From positions 29,388,001 through 29,452,000 of the forward strand of contig OZ024750.1 in the NCBI GenBank assembly GCA_964016885.1: a stretch of 64,000 nt of DNA. Reading direction: 5' to 3'. Position 1 is the first letter of the stretch, and every line of letters starts with the position of its first letter. Position numbers and translations under genes: made by a program. Positions 1 through 12,996 of this stretch are shown here, piece by piece. The notes beneath the pieces are model-generated. The model saw nothing but the letters and a program-made list of their open reading frames with translations. It searched no databases and was not told where the DNA came from. This stretch comes from Eledone cirrhosa (Eukaryota).

Positions 1-136
1 ATTGCTGGCCTTGTGCCTAAAGTAGAAACAATTATATATATACTGAGCACATTTTTTTCCTTGATCTATTTCTTCGGAAAGTCTTCACACTAAATATATA
101 TATATATATATTTGTTTGTATATATATATAAATGTT

Positions 137-167
<31 letters not shown>

Positions 168-192
168 GTTTGTGTATATATATATGTTTGTG

Positions 193-242
<50 letters not shown>

Positions 243-330
243 TGTGTATATATATATATAAACAAGGTTTAGTAAATAATGAAAAAGTTTCAAAATAAAT
301 TTTAAAAAATTGACTTTACCTACTATAGTT

Positions 331-414
331 ACCTTTACCGATCGGTTTCGAATCCCAAAAATAAAACGGAGACCATACGGCCTTCGTTGCAAAGAAAGAT
401 TCTCGTCAGAAGGT
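331..414 (-). ncRNA. Type I hammerhead ribozyme (mirror copy, perfect stem III)
   Basis: Reverse complement of 601-684 but with ACC-GATC-GGT stem III and a palindromic loop. Confidence 0.85.
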
Positions 415-600
415 TCTTTTCATTCAAAGAATATAAAATTCCTGAATTTAAATCACAAACTAGCGCTATCAAAAACTGTTCCTGGGATGAGAGTGGATGA
501 TGTAGAACAGGTTTATCAAGGGCCGTATCCCAGGAACAGTTTTTGATAGCGCTAGTTTGTGATTTAAATTCAGGAATTTTATATTCTTTGAATGAAAAGA

Positions 601-684
601 ACCTTCTGACGAGAATCTTTCTTTGCAACGAAGGCCGTATGGTCTCCGTTTTATTTTTGGGATTCGAAACCGATCAGTAAAGGT
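601..684 (+). ncRNA. Type I hammerhead ribozyme with extended stem II
   Basis: ACCTT-CTGACGA-GAATC...GATTC-GAAAC-CGATCA-GTA-AAGGT: stem I ACCTT/AAGGT, intact core, GUA cleavage triplet. Confidence 0.8.
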
Positions 685-892
685 AACTATAGTAGGTAAA
701 GTCAATTTTTTAAAATTTATTTTGAAACTTTTTCATTATTTACTAAACCTTGTTTATATTTGTTCTGGCTCGTTAATTTATTAACCCGCCATTGAACCAC
801 ATTGGCACTTGGTTGGACAATACATGCGTACCTTGGCGCCTTGTGCGTGAAGGGACGTATTTCATATTACTATATATATATATATATATGTT

Positions 893-923
<31 letters not shown>

Positions 924-926
924 GTT

Positions 927-966
<40 letters not shown>

Positions 967-987
967 TGTGTATATATATATATATAT

Positions 988-1577
988 GTATGGACACGTG
1001 ATGCGCATGAAAGTCGATAGCTGTATAACAAAGTGCAGGGCAATAAAGATAGACGGTAGCCACGGAATAGGCAGACCTAGAAAAACCTGGGACGAGCTGA
1101 TAAACTCCGACCTCACACACTTACACCTCTCCAAGACAATGTCACTGGACCGAGACCTTTGGCGGTACTCAGTAACAGAGAAGACCCGCCTTACCTAAAT
1201 ACATAGTAAAACCTACTACAGCCAGTAGGCATCTCTAACAAAATACCCCCCCCCCCCCCGTCCCACCACCACCACCCCGTTCTATGTAAAGTTATGTTGG
1301 TGCCACACCATCCAGGCCGAAACAAAATGAGATCGTGTAGGTGTCACGACAAAAAACACACAGTCCACGCTGTAATGTGGCCGTGTAGGCAACACGGTAA
1401 AAACCTCCCAGACCCACACTGTAAATGTGGTTGGTGTTAGGAAGGGCATCCAACTGTAGAAAACCTGCCAGACAGTCCTATGCGAGCAAGACAATCACTC
1501 TTGCCTCAAGTGGGACTACCCCCCGTCCAAACCCATGCAAGCGTGGAACACGGACGTTAAACGTTGATGATGATGAT
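988..1577 (+). mobile_element. 5'-truncated RTE-clade LINE end with (GAT)n tail
   Basis: YGHVMRM...[21 protein letters not shown], then 3' region and CGGACGTTAAACGTTGATGATGAT. Confidence 0.88.
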
Positions 1578-1612
1578 ATATATATATATATATATATATA
1601 TGTTTGTTTGTG

Positions 1613-1644
<32 letters not shown>

Positions 1645-2571
1645 TTATATATATATATAGACAAAACAAACAAAATATCTGAAGCCAGATATGTGAGCAT
1701 TAGGAAGAGCCTGCAATATAACACAGGAACAAGATAAACAATATAACCATGTTGATTTATTGTCAACAATCTCAGATGAAAAGTGTTGGAGGGGGGTGAG
1801 GGTGGGGATAGGGAAAAAATGATGAGTTGAGTAAATGGGAAATATTACATTTGTAAATGGGTCAGTGTAGTTGGGGGGGGGGGGGGAAGGGGTGTAGCTG
1901 GGGGAGTGTAGTTATAGGGGAACTGAGTGTAGATATGAATGGGGGAGCAATGCAGTTATGGTGCCCCTCCACAATCCCGGGGTGTAGTTATAAGGGGAGG
2001 CCAGTACAGTTATGGTGGAACCAAGTGTAATTATATGTAGTTATGGTCCCCTCCCCCTCCCCGTCCCGAGTGTAGTTATGGGGGGGGGGATTCTGGGGGA
2101 GGGACAGGAGTGCGCAGTTATGGGGGACCTAGTGTAGTTATGGCAGGGCCATAGGCCATGAGCAAAACATTCTGTTAGAGCTTCTTTGTTTAAATAGAAC
2201 CCCCCCCCAAAAAAAACTTTTTTTTTTCTGAATATCTGAACTATCTCCAGAGTCTACTAGGTCTCTGTTCCTTTAAATCCAGCAATTTGAAGGGGATAGG
2301 GAAGTCGATAAATTCACCCCCAGTGCATTACTGGTGCTTTATTTTATCGACCCCGTAAGGATGAAAGGCAAAGCTAACCTGGGCAGGATTTGAACTCAGA
2401 ATGTAAAGGGCCATAATTATGCTGCAAAGCAGGGTGTCTGACGCTCTACCGATACTGCCAGGGATCTAATTTAGGTAGAGAGCCAGCAGTTTATGGGAGA
2501 AAGTCAATTATATAGAACCCAGTAATTGACTGATACTTCAATCTATCAACCATGTAAGGATGAAAGGCATA

Positions 2572-2939
2572 GCTGACCTCGGCGGGATTTGAACTCAGAG
2601 TATAAAGGGCCATAACTCTATGCCGTAAAGCATGTTGTCCGATGCTCTGCCGGCACTCCCAATGCTGACCTCGGCGGGATTTGATCTCAGAGTATAAAGG
2701 GCCATAACTCTATGCCGTAAAGCATGTTGTCCGATGCTCTGCCGGCACTCCCAATGCTGACCTCGGCGGGATTTGACCTCAGAGTATAAAGGGCCATAAC
2801 TCTATGCCGTAAAGTATGTTGTCCGATGCTCTGCCGGCACTCCCAATGCTGACCTCGGCGGGATTTGACCTCAGAGTATAAAGGGCCATAACTCTATGCC
2901 GTAAAGCATGTTGTCCGATGCTCTGCCGGCACTCCCAAT
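2572..2939 (-). repeat. 4 x 92-bp tandem of the OK-like SINE tRNA head
   Basis: Units start at 2572, 2664, 2756 and 2848. Confidence 0.9.
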
Positions 2940-3379
2940 CCACTGCCTCCATTGACAGAAAATAAAGACAAGAAGATCATCACTCAAAGAGAAATAAACA
3001 TGCTCTGCTGGACGTGTAATGTTAATGTATATGAACAATGAAGCATGGATAAACTGAGTGAAAAGCTGAGCATAAGAAGTACCGGATGTGTACAGGAGAG
3101 AGGATTGAGCTGGTATCAACATGTAAGGTGATCACTGGTTGAAGAAGAAGTGCCAAGAGATTCATGCGTAAAGAGTTGAGGGAGGGATTGGGGGGGGGTG
3201 ACGACCAAGAAAGAAGTAGAGGAAAGATGTGATACTGGAGAAGACATGTCTAACCTATGGAGACATACAAAAATGTAAACCGATGATGACGATCACAATT
3301 AGGCTAGGAATATTAAGAAAATACAATTTTATTAACATCGACATTGAATATTAAAAAGAAAAGTGAGCATCTAGTGTTT

Positions 3380-4119
3380 CACCTGGTATATCCCACCTAA
3401 GACACCACCTGGTATATCCTACCTAAGACACTACTTGGTATATCCTACCTAAGACACTACTTGGTATATCCTACCTAAGACACTACTTGGTATATCCCAC
3501 CTAAGACACTACTTGGTATATCCCACCTAAGACACTACTTGGTATATCCTACCTAAGACACTACTTGGTATATCCTACCTAAGACACTACTTGGTATATC
3601 CTACCTAAGACACTACTTGGTATATCCCACCTAAGACACTACTTGGTATATCCCACCTAAGACACCACCTGGTATATCCCACCTAAGACACCACCTGGTA
3701 TATCCCACCTAAGACACCACCTGGTATATCCTACCTAAGACACCACCTGGTATATCCTACCTAAGACACTACTTGGTATATCCTACCTAAGACACCACCT
3801 GGTATATCCTACCTAAGACACCACCTGGTATATCCTACCTAAGACACTACTTGGTATATCCCACCTAGACACCACCTGGTATATCCCACCTAAGACACCA
3901 CCTGGTATATCCTACCTAAGACACCACCTGGTATATCCTACCTAAGACACCACCTGGTATATCCTACCTAAGACACTACTTGGTATATCCTACCTAAGAC
4001 ACCCCCCTGGTATATCCCACCTAAGACACCACCTGGTATATCCTACCTAAGACACCACCTGGTATATCCTACCTAAGACACCCCCCTGGTATATCCCACC
4101 TAAGACACCCCCCTGGTAT
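3380..4119. repeat. 26-bp minisatellite, about 28 copies
   Basis: CACCTGGTATATCC(C/T)ACCTAAGACAC with a TACTT variant. Confidence 0.95.
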
Positions 4120-4175
4120 TTATACCCTTGCTATCTAATGTTCATAATCCCAATATAAAGCTTGTTCATCTGTAC

Positions 4176-4461
4176 AACTGGTGTCACAGTGGTATATATA
4201 TGGGTCATGTAATGTATAACTGGTATCACAGTGGTATATATATGGGTCATGTAATGAATAACTGGTATCACAGTGGTATATATGGGTCATGTAATGTATA
4301 ACTGGTGTGTCACAGTGGTATATATATATGGGTCATGTAATGTATAACTGGTATCACAGTATATATATGGGTCATGTAATGTATAACTGGTATCACAGTG
4401 GTATATATATGGGTCATGTAATGTACAACTGGTGTGTCACAGTGGTATATATATGGGTCAT
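4176..4461. repeat. About 42-bp minisatellite, about 7 copies
   Basis: AACTGGTATCACAGTGGTATATATATGGGTCATGTAATGTAT. Confidence 0.9.
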
Positions 4462-4859
4462 TTAAGATTCTTGGTGTAGCAAAGTGATTAATTAAGCAGC
4501 GCCATAGAAATTCCAAAAACGTTAAGATTGCTGCTGACAAGCATACACTTAATTAAAATATTTCTATCAAACTCTGGTTAACTTCACACAATGAATAAAT
4601 AATTCCACTGAAATGATTAATGAGGTAGCGAACCAGCCTTAAGAGGGAGGGGGTCAACCTATGGCACAGATTTACAGATATACAAGTTTTAAATTTTGAT
4701 AAAATAACGTTGGTTTTCAGAGGATCTTTAAAAGTTTGTAAAAATCAATTAAGGATACTGATCAAGATCGAACAGTAGAGTTTCTATGACGCGTTATGGG
4801 ATATCATCATCATCATCATCATTTTACGTCCGCTTTTCCCTGCTTATGTAATAAATAAT

Positions 4860-5033
4860 TCTTTCTACTTTTGGCACAAGGCCAGCAATTACCCCAGTGC
4901 ATTACTGGTACTTTATTTTATTGACCCCCCTTTAGGATGAAAGGCAAGGTTAACCTCGGCGGGATTTGAACTCAGACTGTAAAGGGACGTAACTATGCTG
5001 GAAAGCATGGTGTCCGACTGTACCGATACTGCC
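4860..5033 (-). mobile_element. OK-like SINE
   Basis: 14-bp TSD ATGTAATAAATAAT. Confidence 0.88.
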
Positions 5034-5499
5034 ATGTAATAAATAATAAAGAAAAGGTTGGGAAAGCCGGTACAATCATCATCATCATCATTTAATGTCT
5101 ATTTTTCCATATTTACATGACTCAAGTTGTCAAGTTATGAGACAAGTCAGGTCAGGTGATCATGTCTTGCTCATACGGATCTGTATTTTGGCTTGGTTTC
5201 TATGGCTGGATGCCTTTCCTAATGCCAACCACATTACTGTGTGGATTGGATGCTTTTTATCATGGCACCAAAACAACCACCTTACAGGGTGTACTGAGTG
5301 CTTTTTGTTGTGTCACCAGCACAACCACCTTACTGGGTGGACTGGGTGCTTTTTATCGTATCACCAGCACAACCACCTTACAGGGTGGACTGGGTGCTTT
5401 TCATCATGTCACCAGCACAACCATCTTAAAGGGTGGGTAGAAGTATTAAAATGGAACTGGAGTAAAAAAGGATGACAAGACAATATTTTTATCTAATAC

Positions 5500-6200
5500 A
5501 TTTCATGATATTTCTGCAAATGGTGAACACTGAAAAACGAACAAGGAACACACACCTCTTGGGATAGTCTATGCCATCTAAAGCTATCACATTTCAATGA
5601 GAACCAGCACTGTTATCTGACAAGTTATCTGTAAGGAGGGGCTGAACATCCAGCTGGAGAGACTTCTTTTCAAACCCTGACCCACATACACCAACAATAC
5701 ATGCACACTTCCTAGCTGTCCCATCAACATGGAAGATGTTTGTGGTATACAAGGTCACTTGTAGAAACTGTGGTAGCTCAGACATTGGTAGCACTGTCTG
5801 GATGCTACACATACAGATCAAAGAACACACGATAGGTGCTTCCTCTATCCAAAAAACACAAAGAGAAATGTCACACCTGAGACATTGATGTCACCGTGGA
5901 GTCAACAGAGAGGAATATTGGTATTGTATGCATTAAAGAAGCTCTACTTATAAACAGGCATAATCCAAGCATCAACAATAAATCAGAAATACATGGAGCA
6001 GACTGGCTGTTAATAACTGGTCAGTGCATGTTACACACATCCACTGATGCTCCGTGTATATCTGCTCATGTCACACATCCACCAATGGTCAGTGACATAC
6101 ACAACACAGAAAAAGTTTGAGAGAACAGAATACATATTTTTTTTTTCTGATTTGTTCATCATTTGAAAAGGTCTTGAAATATGAAATATATAGGGTAAAA
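5500..6200 (+). pseudogene. Penelope-like GIY-YIG endonuclease remnant
   Basis: 5742-5828 translates VVYKVTCRNCGSSDIGSTVWMLHIQIKEH, preceded by a Cys-rich linker (CTLPSCPINMEDVC, other frame) and followed by IKEALLINRHNPSIN. Boundaries approximate. Confidence 0.8.
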
Positions 6201-6413
6201 ACAATATTTTGTTTTTGTTATCCCTTTTACCACAGTACCATGTTTATCAGCATTGTACTAGTATTCTCTACTATTTATTACAACTGATGTAGATACTGTT
6301 TAGGTCAGCTTTGATCAAGTAGACCTATGAAAACATTCCAGCTGTTATCTGGTTTTGTTGTTTTTGCTTTGTAAATCAGGGACTACACCCAGTGTATCCA
6401 GTTTTATATAAGA

Positions 6414-6851
6414 CTAGCTGGTCCCGTGCCATAAAAAATGACGGCTAATTGTAATATATATACATAATATAAAAAAGAGATGTTTGTTTGTTGGAAGTTT
6501 GTCATCACCCTCCTTCCTCAGTCGACGTTATCACCCCTTCCTTCCTCTGTTGACGTAATCACCCCTTCCTTCCTCAGTTGACGTAATCATCCCTTCCTTC
6601 CTCAGTCAACGTTATCACCCCTTCCTTCCTCAGTTGACGTAATCATCCATTCCTTCCTCAGTCAACGTTATCACCCCTTCCTTCCTCAGTTGACGTAATC
6701 ATCCATTCCTTCCTCAGTCAACGTTATCACCCCTTCCTTCCTCAGTTAACATAATCATCCCTTCCCTCCCCAGTTGACGTTATCACCCCTTCCTTCCTCA
6801 ATCATCTCTAGTGCATGACAGACAAATACACAAGGCTATTATATTAATAGA
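6414..6851 (-). mobile_element. Non-autonomous Helitron-like element with internal 28-bp minisatellite
   Basis: Minus strand starts TCTATTAATATAATAG, has TGTCTGTC, and ends with a CCGT..ACGG hairpin plus CTAG|T; about 10 tandem 28-mers at 6503-6800. Confidence 0.7.
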
Positions 6852-8330
6852 GTGTGATGAAAGATTTGGTTACTATTTTTGGCAAGTTGCATGACCATGC
6901 TAAGGCTCCTTGGTTTAATAATTCTGATTAACCCTTTGGATACTAAACCACCCTTGGTCCTACAATAGAAAATTGTTTTAAATTGTTTCTATTTATCCCA
7001 AAACCTTCCATCATAGTTTTATGTAAGAATCTTTAAGTTATGTTTGAAACACCAGCTTGATAATGAGGAAGTTATTTTACTAAATCTGTCCAAACTCTTT
7101 TCAAAATTTTTTGAAAGTCATGGACAGTGTCTTTCATAAGAAATATGGTGAGGAAATGGTTAAGATATTTGAGGAAATACCGAAAACACTAATATAGTGT
7201 CATTGACTTATTTATAAGAGCCACTACATGTTCCTAGCCTAATAAAGCAACCACACCAAAAGCCAGCTGACTACACAGCAACAGGATATAAAGAATGTAA
7301 TATATAGAGAAATATAGAAATAGGAGTCAATAGAAAACAATATTTTTTAGTTGTTAAGGCTTGTATAAAATAATAGATGAAGCCATTTGTATAATATAGA
7401 TTGAGTGTCAGATGTTGGTTCAGTAATAATCTCAAGCTAACCAAACCAACCCGTAGACAATGTTCCATTCACTTATAACCAACAAACTAATTGTTCTTGA
7501 TGAAGGATATGGGAACGAAGGAGCTGCTTTACTTTAACAGTCGGAATACAAGGTGTGTGTGTGTATGAAGGTGTGTGTGTGTATGTATAGAGCGAGAGAT
7601 ACACATACATATATGTTGGCAAGGAAAATAGACATTAAATGATATATATATATTATACAGATGCACACGTGCATGCATACATACATACATGCTAGCAGGG
7701 AAAATGGACATTAAATGATACACACATACACATATACCAGACAATCAATACAATTTCAATTACTGTAATACAATGTATTGAAGGTTGGGGGGTCTGGTTC
7801 ATGAAGAATACAACTTTAACCATACAAAACTTGATATAGTTAAGAGTAGGTAAAAATCACCTTCAGTTAAACCAACCTATGTAGGATGTTTACAAACTGT
7901 CTACTGGGAAATATAGAGACCGATTATAAAGGAAGTCATGTTGGTGACAGGATAAAAAGCATATAGTCCATCCTTTAAGGTGGTCATATTTGTGACACGA
8001 CAAAAAGTACATAGTCCATCCTGTAAGGGGGTTGTGTTGGTGACAGGATAAAAAGCACGCAGTTCATCCTGTAAGGTGGTCATGCTGATGACATAAAAAG
8101 CACCCAGTCTATCCTATAAAAAAACAGCCAGTCCACCCTATCAGGTGGTTGTGTCAGTGCCATGATAAAAAGCACCCAGTCTACACTGTAACATTAGTTG
8201 GCATTGAGCTGTAGAACATAAGCCAAAATACAGATCTGTACGAATATGATGTGGTCTCCAGATCTGACTTGTCTCATAATTTGACAATCCAACCCATGCA
8301 AGAGTGGAAAATGGACATTAAATGATGATG

Positions 8331-8364
<34 letters not shown>

Positions 8365-8367
<3 letters not shown>

Positions 8368-8900
8368 GAAAAATGATCAAACAAACACACAGGACACAAA
8401 TTTTTACAGTTATATTAGGTTCACGCTTAGTGGAAGTGGAGGAGGTTTCGACGTTTCACAGGAAAGTTCGGATAGGAAGAGAACAGAAACTCGAAGGAGT
8501 AGTAAGGGAAGGTTAGGGAAGGAAATAAAAAAAATATATAACTAAAAATGAAATGGTGGGGGGGGTATAGGTCCAGGCTAGAGGGCCAGGGTAGATGGTA
8601 GGAGGTGGCATGGGTGTGGTATAGTGTGTGTGAGTGTGTCAAAGGGGAGGAATGGGTAGAATGCAGCGCTTCAAATTGTTCTGTGTTATATGAAGAGAAG
8701 CCTGTCGGGTATTGGTTTTGTGTGTGTTTGTGTGTATGTGTAGATGTAAATACGTGTATGTGATGTAGAATGTATATTTTTTTTGTTAGTGCGTATACGG
8801 GAGTAGGAGTGTATGTGATGTTAATAATTGTTTATTTTGTGTGCGGGTAAAAAAAAATCACGTGCATGAAACGTGAGCATGCGTGCGGGTATATGTGATG
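8365..8900 (-). mobile_element. Probable Penelope-like 3' end remnant
   Basis: Minus strand GTGAAACGTCGAAAC (hammerhead 3' half) near 8445-8460; tail ends at the (TA)n at 8335-8364. Confidence 0.4.
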
Positions 8901-8904
8901 TTAC

Positions 8905-9673
8905 TATTGTGTCGAAGACCTCCTTCGGTCACGAATGACCATGTAATTTGCACCTAGAAAGTTTCCCTGCGAGGCACAAGTCCAGGCAAGGTTGTTTGAG
9001 GAAGACCAGCAGTCGCCCATACATACCAGTCTCCCCACTCCATGCCAAGGGAAAGGCAATGGCTGATACACCTTGGCACCAATGACGTCACAACTCATTT
9101 CTACAGCCGAGTCAACTGGAGCAATGTGAAATAAAGTGTCTTGCTCAAGGACAATGCATCACCTGGTCCGAGAATCAAACTCACAACCATTTAATTGCAA
9201 TCCCAATGCTCTAACCACTAAGCCATGCACCTTCAACTATTGTTGATGTGTTGTTTCCTTGAGCAAGACACTTTATTTCACATTGCTCCAGTTTACTTAG
9301 CTGTAGAAATGAGATGATAGGACTGGGGTCCCTATCATTCCACTGCAAAGTGGTCGTGGAGGTGCCACGGCAAAAAAGCACCCAGCCCACACTGTAAAGT
9401 GGGCGTGTAGGGGCCACAGTAAAAAAGCACCCAGCACTCACTGTAAATGAAGTTGGTGTTAGGAAGGGCATCCAGCTGTAGTAATCAAGCCAGAGTCAGT
9501 TCCCGTCCCACCCTTGCAAGCAGGGAAAAGCGGATGTAAACTGCTGAGTAAACTGGAGCAATGTGAAATAAAGTGTCTTGCTCAAGGAAACAACACATCA
9601 CCCAGTCTGAGAATTGAACTCACAACCTTTCGATTGCAAGGCCAATGCTCTAACCACTAAGCCATGTGCCTCC

Positions 9674-9704
<31 letters not shown>

Positions 9705-9830
9705 CATCATTTCATTTTACATCCGCTTTTCCCTGCTTGCAAGGGTGGGATGGGAACTTTCCCTGCTTGCAAGGGTGGGATGGGAACTGATTCAAGGCCA
9801 ATGCTCTAACCACTAAGCCATGTGCCTCCA
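8905..9830. mobile_element. Cluster of rearranged OR1/OR2-like SINEs
   Basis: Minus SINE 8905-9235, plus body 9245-9540, minus head 9543-9674, deleted minus copy 9700-9830. Confidence 0.8.
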
Positions 9831-9837
9831 TAACAAA

Positions 9838-9873
<36 letters not shown>

Positions 9874-10274
9874 TTTGTTAATGAAGCTTCAGGCACTACA
9901 CATACAAACAGAGAGACATCGATTCACACAAACTTTTCTTTTGTTTCATTTAAGAGGAGAGGGGAGTGGTGGGAGTTGGTGGCTAAAGGGGAAAAATCTA
10001 TGACTGGTCACTATGGCAACAAAGCCAAACGATATAACGAGATGAGATTTGTCTTTTTTTCTGAAACAACAATCTAGTACATAATACTAATTATTATAGA
10101 TTAATTACATAGAAAAACTCATTATATATTCATTATTTATTTATTGGGGAAATTATCCCTTCTAGGGTCATAATTTTGATGGTGTATTAAGGGTGGGTGA
10201 CCCTTAAAGTTGTATTAAGGGTGGGTGAACCCTAATGTCGAATTAAGGGTGGGAGAACCCTAAGGTTATATTAA

Positions 10275-10494
10275 CCCTTTATCATTTACATTACTTTATA
10301 TATACTATTATATTTTCATGGTAAAGGCTTTACCTCGCATAATTATCTCACATAATATTGAATCTATGAGATTTTGAAAGTATTTATTTTGAGAACAATA
10401 CCTTAACATCAGTATGAATGACCAGTTACAGCCAGTTTCAACAGAAAGAGGTAGAGAATTCTGGCCGGTTTTGGCCAGTTTGAACATTAGAGGG
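10275..10494. mobile_element. piggyBac-type MITE, reverse orientation
   Basis: TTAA-CCCTTT...GAGGG-TTAA. Same family at 14262-14467, 18312-18485, about 19140-19341, about 24437-24612, 28378-28586 and 51106-51356. Confidence 0.8.
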
Positions 10495-10953
10495 TTAAGG
10501 GGAGGTGTACCCTAAGGCTGTATTAAGGGTAGGTGAACCTTAAGTATCCATAATTTTATGAAATGAAATGTACATCCCATGCCACATCTATGCAGGTTTA
10601 GCTGACCTTCTACAATGTTGCATCTCATTGGAGGTTTCTCAGGTGTGTTAATGATAGTGGCCCCAGTTACACCTTGGAAAGTTATGTGAAATGAAGTGTC
10701 TTGCTCAAGAACACAACACACCACGGGGAATTGAACTCACAACCTCATGATCATGTGTCCAACAACATAATCACTAGGCCATGTCCTTTGATAGTTTTAG
10801 TGCACGACTGGTATTAAATAGAACTGGCTTAAAGTAAAATGAAATATTCAAAAGAATTTTACATTAAGTTAAGATCAATAGGGCATCAATAGATATTGAT
10901 GGTTGAGTATAGCATAGACTATAATCAATATTGAAGTGACAACACCAGTAACA

Positions 10954-11376
10954 GGGGGTGGGAGGAGGGGAGAGAGGGAGGGAATGAGAGAGAGGGAGGG
11001 GAGAGAGGGAATGAGAGATAGGGAGGGGAGAGAGGGAATGAGAGATAGGGAGGGAGGGAGTGGGTGAGAGGAGTGGGTGAGAGTGGAAGGGAAGGAGTGG
11101 GTGGGTGAGAGTGGAGGAAGGAGTGAGTGAGTGGGTGAGAGTGGAGTGAGTGAGTGGGAGGAAGGAGTGAGTGGGAGGAAGGAGTGAGTGGGTGAGAGTG
11201 GGAGGAAGGAAGGAGTGAGTGGGTGAGAGTGGGAGGAAGGAAGGAGTGAGTGGGTGAGAGTGGGAGGAAGGAAGGAGTGAGTGAGTGAGAGTGGGAGGAA
11301 GGAAGGAGTGAGTGAGTGAGAGTGGGAGGAAGGTGTGAGTGAGTGGGAGGGAAGGACGGAGGGAGAGAGAGGGAGG
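10954..11376. repeat. Purine/G-rich low-complexity tract
   Basis: GGGAGG/GAGTGAGTGGG repeats. Confidence 0.9.
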
Positions 11377-11499
11377 TAATAATAATAATAATAATAATAT
11401 AAAAATGCCAACATGATAAGATGGTTGCCATGTTGCACTGGAGCTGATGTAAAAAATATGGATTTCCATGTGCAGAAAAAAAGCTATGAACCTGCTGTC

Positions 11500-12015
11500 A
11501 TAAATGAGATGAGAGTGCTAGAGTGGTGTAATAAGGCTCTTATGGGACTTCACAATTCAGGCAGATGTGAAGATCAAATACAACAAACTGGATATTGTCA
11601 TAATTAAGAAGACAACCTGTACTCCCGTAGATGTAGGGTGATCTTTTGACACCAGATTTGAATGAAAAGAGGAGAAAATAGGGGCTTATACCAAACTAAA
11701 ATATGAGATCTTGAAATGCTGGAGTAATAAAGTGAAGACAGTCATCATTGTACCAGTGGTGATTGGCACTCTTGGCATGGTGACAAAGAACCTTAAAAAC
11801 AGACTGCACCAGGGATTGAACCACTCTAGAAGTCATGCCTACTGGGAACAGTTGGAATATTGAGAATGGTTCTGGACTACCAGCAGTAGCAAAATGACAA
11901 AGGACATGAAATGGTTTCGAGTTACTCCAGGTTACTGGTTGTAGTAATCCCTAAAATAACTGGCCCAAAACAAGATCAAAGTTGGTCATGAGAAACAATT
12001 AAAAAAAATAATAAC
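11500..12015 (+). mobile_element. R4/Dong-like LINE 3' remnant (RLE domain)
   Basis: Fragments LKYEI, VIIVPVVIGTLGMVTKNLK and KSCLLGTVGILRMVL; boundaries approximate. Confidence 0.7.
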
Positions 12016-12419
12016 AATGGCTTCTAATTTAGGCACCAAGCCAGCAATTTTAGGGGAAGGGGAAATTTGATTAAATCTACCCCCAGTACTTGACTAGTAC
12101 ATTATTTTACTGACATTAGAAGGATGAAAGGCCAAGTTGATCTCAGTGGAATTTGAACTTAGAACAAGCCAATATTTATATCCTTAACTGAAAGATATCA
12201 CCATAACCTAATGGTTAGGATGCTGGACACAAGACCATGAGGTTCTAAGTTCAATTCCTGGTGCGAGCAAGGCATTTCATTTCACGATACAACTCGGACT
12301 CCTATCATTAAGACACCTGAGAAACCTTTTATGAGATGCAACCACATAGGAGACCAGATAAACCTGCAAAGGTGTGAGCTGCAAATTTCATTTTTTTTTC
12401 ATTTCACATATATCATAAT

Positions 12420-12451
<32 letters not shown>

Positions 12452-12784
12452 TTCATTTCATTTTACGTCCGCTTTTTCCCTGCTTGCAAGGGTGGGACGG
12501 GAACTGATTCTGGCTTGATTTCTACAGCTGGATGCCCTTCCTAACACCAACTTCATTTACAGTGAGTGCTGGGTGCTTTTTTGCCGTGACACCTCCACGA
12601 CCACTTTGCAGTGGAATGATATGGACCCTAGCCCTATCATCTCATTTCCACAGCTGAGTAAACTGGAGCAATGTGAAATAAAGTGTCTTGCTCAAGGAAA
12701 CAACACATCACCCGGTCTGAGAATTGAACTCACAACCTTTCAATTGCAAGGCCAATGCTCTAACCACTAAGCCATGTGCCTCCA
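12420..12784 (-). mobile_element. Full-length OR2-like SINE
   Basis: Reverse complement of the 28848-29178 family. Confidence 0.88.
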
Positions 12785-12819
12785 CATGGCTTAGTATATA
12801 TATATATATATATATATAT

Positions 12820-12996
12820 AACGAAGGAAATGTGGTAAGGAACCAGGTGGACCATAACGCACCAAAGTACTCAATACTTGAAGTAGTAGAGTGGGTAATA
12901 GGAACCAGTAAGACCCCGACAGCTGAGCTCAAGCCGTTTCGACGGCTAATTAGCCGTCGAAACGGCTTGAGCTCAGCTGTCGGGGTCTTACTGGTT

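Larger units (their letters stand above)
256..870. mobile_element. Palindromic hammerhead-bearing element (Penelope-like pLTR derivative) in (TA)n
   Basis: Arms 256-488 and 527-759 (233 bp, one mismatch), 38-nt spacer, about 110-nt unpaired tail after the right arm, (TA)n on both sides. Confidence 0.85.

Noticed and set aside
310-705. Mirror-image 78-aa ORFs
   Set aside because: By-product of the palindrome; non-ATG start, no recognisable domain, and the sequence is explained by the antisense hammerhead.
6155-6195. Possible hammerhead downstream of the GIY-YIG remnant (TTGAAAA...GAAATATATA)
   Set aside because: Position fits, but stems I and II do not pair convincingly.
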